Below, piece by piece: positions 30,573-32,000 of a stretch of DNA of 32,000 nt. A model generated the notes under the pieces. It had not been told where the DNA came from and ran no database searches. It was given only the letters and a program-made list of their open reading frames with translations. The DNA lies in contig CP010424.1 in assembly GCA_000830275.1 (NCBI GenBank), positions 30,001 to 62,000 of the forward strand, written 5' to 3'. Within the stretch, counting starts at the first letter, position 1. Every line of letters starts with the position of its first letter. Source of the stretch: an archaeon GW2011_AR10. GTDB lineage: Archaea > Iainarchaeota > Iainarchaeia > Iainarchaeales > GW2011-AR10. A program made the translations under genes and the position numbers.

Positions 30573-31286
30573 ATGCCTGTAAGACCTTCTCCAAAAAGAG
30601 CCAGTTCCTTAAAAGAACTAAAAGCAAGTATTCCTGATAAGTTCAAGCGCCAATTTCCCCATGTCTCAACAAGAATCGAGTTGTGGCTAAATCACCAGCC
30701 AAGAGAATTTTTAGGCACGAGAGATAGGCGAAGAATTTTCTGGGAAGTTGTCAATTTCGGAACGCCTTTCTTAAGGGAATTCGGAGAAAGGCAAACTAAA
30801 GACTTACGAAGGTATTCTTATACTTTGGGAAATTATGAGAGTCCTGTAACAATTTCAAGCTCTACCAACTCAGTCAAGGTAAGCCTTTCTTTCTCGAGGT
30901 ATAAAAAAAATAAAATATTAAAGATTGAAGGGCTCCAAGGGGTTAGAACTGCTTCAGTTACACGTCAAGATTTCTATGCAGTCATGAGAGAAATGATTAG
31001 CATAGCCAAATCATCAGGCTATAATGTAATTTATTTTATTAAGCCGGAAAAACACCCTTATTATGATGAAGATGTTTTGGATTTGAGGACTTTTTATCGT
31101 CAAAAAATGAGAAGAAAAGGAGAAGACCTTGACAAATTATCGGCAGAAGGAAGGCCAACCCTCTTTGAGTTAAGGGAATTGCAGGAAGAGCACCAGGAAA
31201 GAATGAGAAAACTATATTATGGAATTGCAACAGCATTCAAGTTCAACAGGAAAACAAAGGGAAAGTACATGGAATTAAAAATCTGA
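30573..31286 (+). CDS. Basic orphan protein (237 aa)
   Basis: Clean ORF with a basic N-terminus MPVRPSPKRASS. Residues ~44-81 (REFLGTRDRRRIFWEVVNFGTPFLREFGERQTKDLRRY) are alignable to residues ~178-218 of the 461-aa orphan. No known family recognised. Confidence 0.5.
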   Translation: MPVRPSPKRASSLKELKASIPDKFKRQFPHVSTRIELWLNHQPREFLGTRDRRRIFWEVVNFGTPFLREFGERQTKDLRRYSYTLGNYESPVTISSSTNSVKVSLSFSRYKKNKILKIEGLQGVRTASVTRQDFYAVMREMISIAKSSGYNVIYFIKPEKHPYYDEDVLDLRTFYRQKMRRKGEDLDKLSAEGRPTLFELRELQEEHQERMRKLYYGIATAFKFNRKTKGKYMELKI

Positions 31287-31324
31287 TTTATTTGCTTTCG
31301 AATGTTCTTGTAATAAAGAATTAG

Positions 31325-32000
31325 CTACGTTCTTTCCCTGTTCCACAAGTCAACCAATGTTTTGTAGTTGCCTGCAACCCTTGCTGCTGCCTCTTCTCTT
31401 GAAATGGTTCCGTCATTCAGTGCTTTCATTGGCTCCCAGAAAACCGTTCTTCCAACAGCAAAACCAATTATGCCTTTTACTTTTGCCCCAACTTTTAACC
31501 ATTCCTTTACTTTTTCTGCGTCTTCGCCCCTCCCAAGAGTAATGATTCCAGCGGTTCTTCCTTCTGCTTTCACTTGCTTTACAACAGCTTTGCAGTATTC
31601 AACTTTGTCAACTCCCTCCAGCTTCCAGACATCTGGCTCAACACCAGCATCCTGTATTTGCTTGATGGCTTTAACCATCAGTTTTGGCCTCAACTCTGCC
31701 TCATACCTGTTTTTGTCTCCTCCAACAGATTGGAGCTGTTTTTCTTCTGCCGGAACAAGCAATTCAAAAATAAATTTTTTTCCTATTTTTTTGGCATAAT
31801 TGCTTGCCTGCACCAGCCTATCAAGCTGTCTCTTGTTCAGCTTTCCGTCTCCCTCCGGGTTGTATCTCACAAGAACTTTTACAAAGAAGGGGTCAACTCT
31901 TTTGATGTGTGCCCTGAAGTCTGCTTCATCAAAATCGAATTCGTCTTGGCCTGATCTCTCTATTGGCATCGCGGTTTTAATGCCTTTGCTTTTCGCGTCC
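31325..32000 (-). CDS. Class I aldolase-like TIM-barrel protein, DUF2090 / IolC C-terminal-domain-like (5' end probably outside the window)
   Basis: FVKVLVRYNPEGD, FIFELLVP, DVWKLEGVD, GIITLGRGED and GFAVGRTVFWEP resemble the LacD/DUF2090 aldolase-type barrel. The track starts it at ATG 31969, but the ten in-frame codons upstream (31970-31999) contain no stop and there is no SD before 31969. 214 aa is also short for this fold. Confidence 0.5.
   Translation of the reverse strand, partial: DAKSKGIKTAMPIERSGQDEFDFDEADFRAHIKRVDPFFVKVLVRYNPEGDGKLNKRQLDRLVQASNYAKKIGKKFIFELLVPAEEKQLQSVGGDKNRYEAELRPKLMVKAIKQIQDAGVEPDVWKLEGVDKVEYCKAVVKQVKAEGRTAGIITLGRGEDAEKVKEWLKVGAKVKGIIGFAVGRTVFWEPMKALNDGTISREEAAARVAGNYKTLVDLWNRERT

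Noticed and set aside
31325-31969. Treating the DUF2090-like ORF as complete at 214 aa
   Set aside because: The frame stays open for the remaining 10 codons to the window edge, there is no SD before the ATG at 31969, and the fold normally needs about 300 aa. I therefore report it as probably 5'-truncated by the window.
1-32000. Reading the window as bacterial because aspS, fbp, ansA, nnrD and the DASS permease look bacterial
   Set aside because: GatD/GatE are archaea-specific, both tRNAs carry 37/38 introns with bulge-helix-bulge geometry, and the MIPS plus AIP-synthase-type pair fits archaeal lipid synthesis. The bacterial-looking genes are better explained as transfers into an archaeal genome. 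A chimeric assembly cannot be excluded from sequence alone.

Overview
Archaeal chromosomal window. The evidence is the archaea-specific GatDE, two intron-containing tRNAs whose splice sites fit bulge-helix-bulge geometry, and a myo-inositol-1-phosphate synthase beside an archaetidylinositol-phosphate-type CDP-alcohol transferase. It is densely coding, uses Shine-Dalgarno sites and has many 4-8 nt gene overlaps. It looks like a streamlined uncultivated lineage; DPANN-like is only my guess. Main content: (1) a bacterial-type aspS followed by gatC-gatA-[inositol monophosphatase]-gatB; (2) a long minus-strand operon of MIPS, EamA, AIP synthase, a 461-aa orphan, gatE, nnrD and a cupin; (3) gatD preceded by an asparaginase-fold paralog that lacks the nucleophilic Thr; (4) a third, canonical type I asparaginase divergent from an Lrp/AsnC regulator; (5) tRNA-Ile(GAU) and tRNA-Gln(UUG). 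Also present are endonuclease III, a secreted SNase-type nuclease, an orphan CuA cupredoxin lipoprotein, a GT4 glycosyltransferase, a DASS permease, a class I FBPase, a short beta-CASP nuclease and a rhomboid with an unusual insertion. The strongest non-genic signal is three tandem perfect hairpins forming a ~190-nt leader in front of aspS. Also notable are a decayed vapBC remnant fused in frame to a duplicated gatD 3' end, and several basic orphan proteins that appear to share a short sequence block. No CRISPR array, rRNA or intact mobile element was seen. All family calls rest on motif recognition by eye, with no database search.
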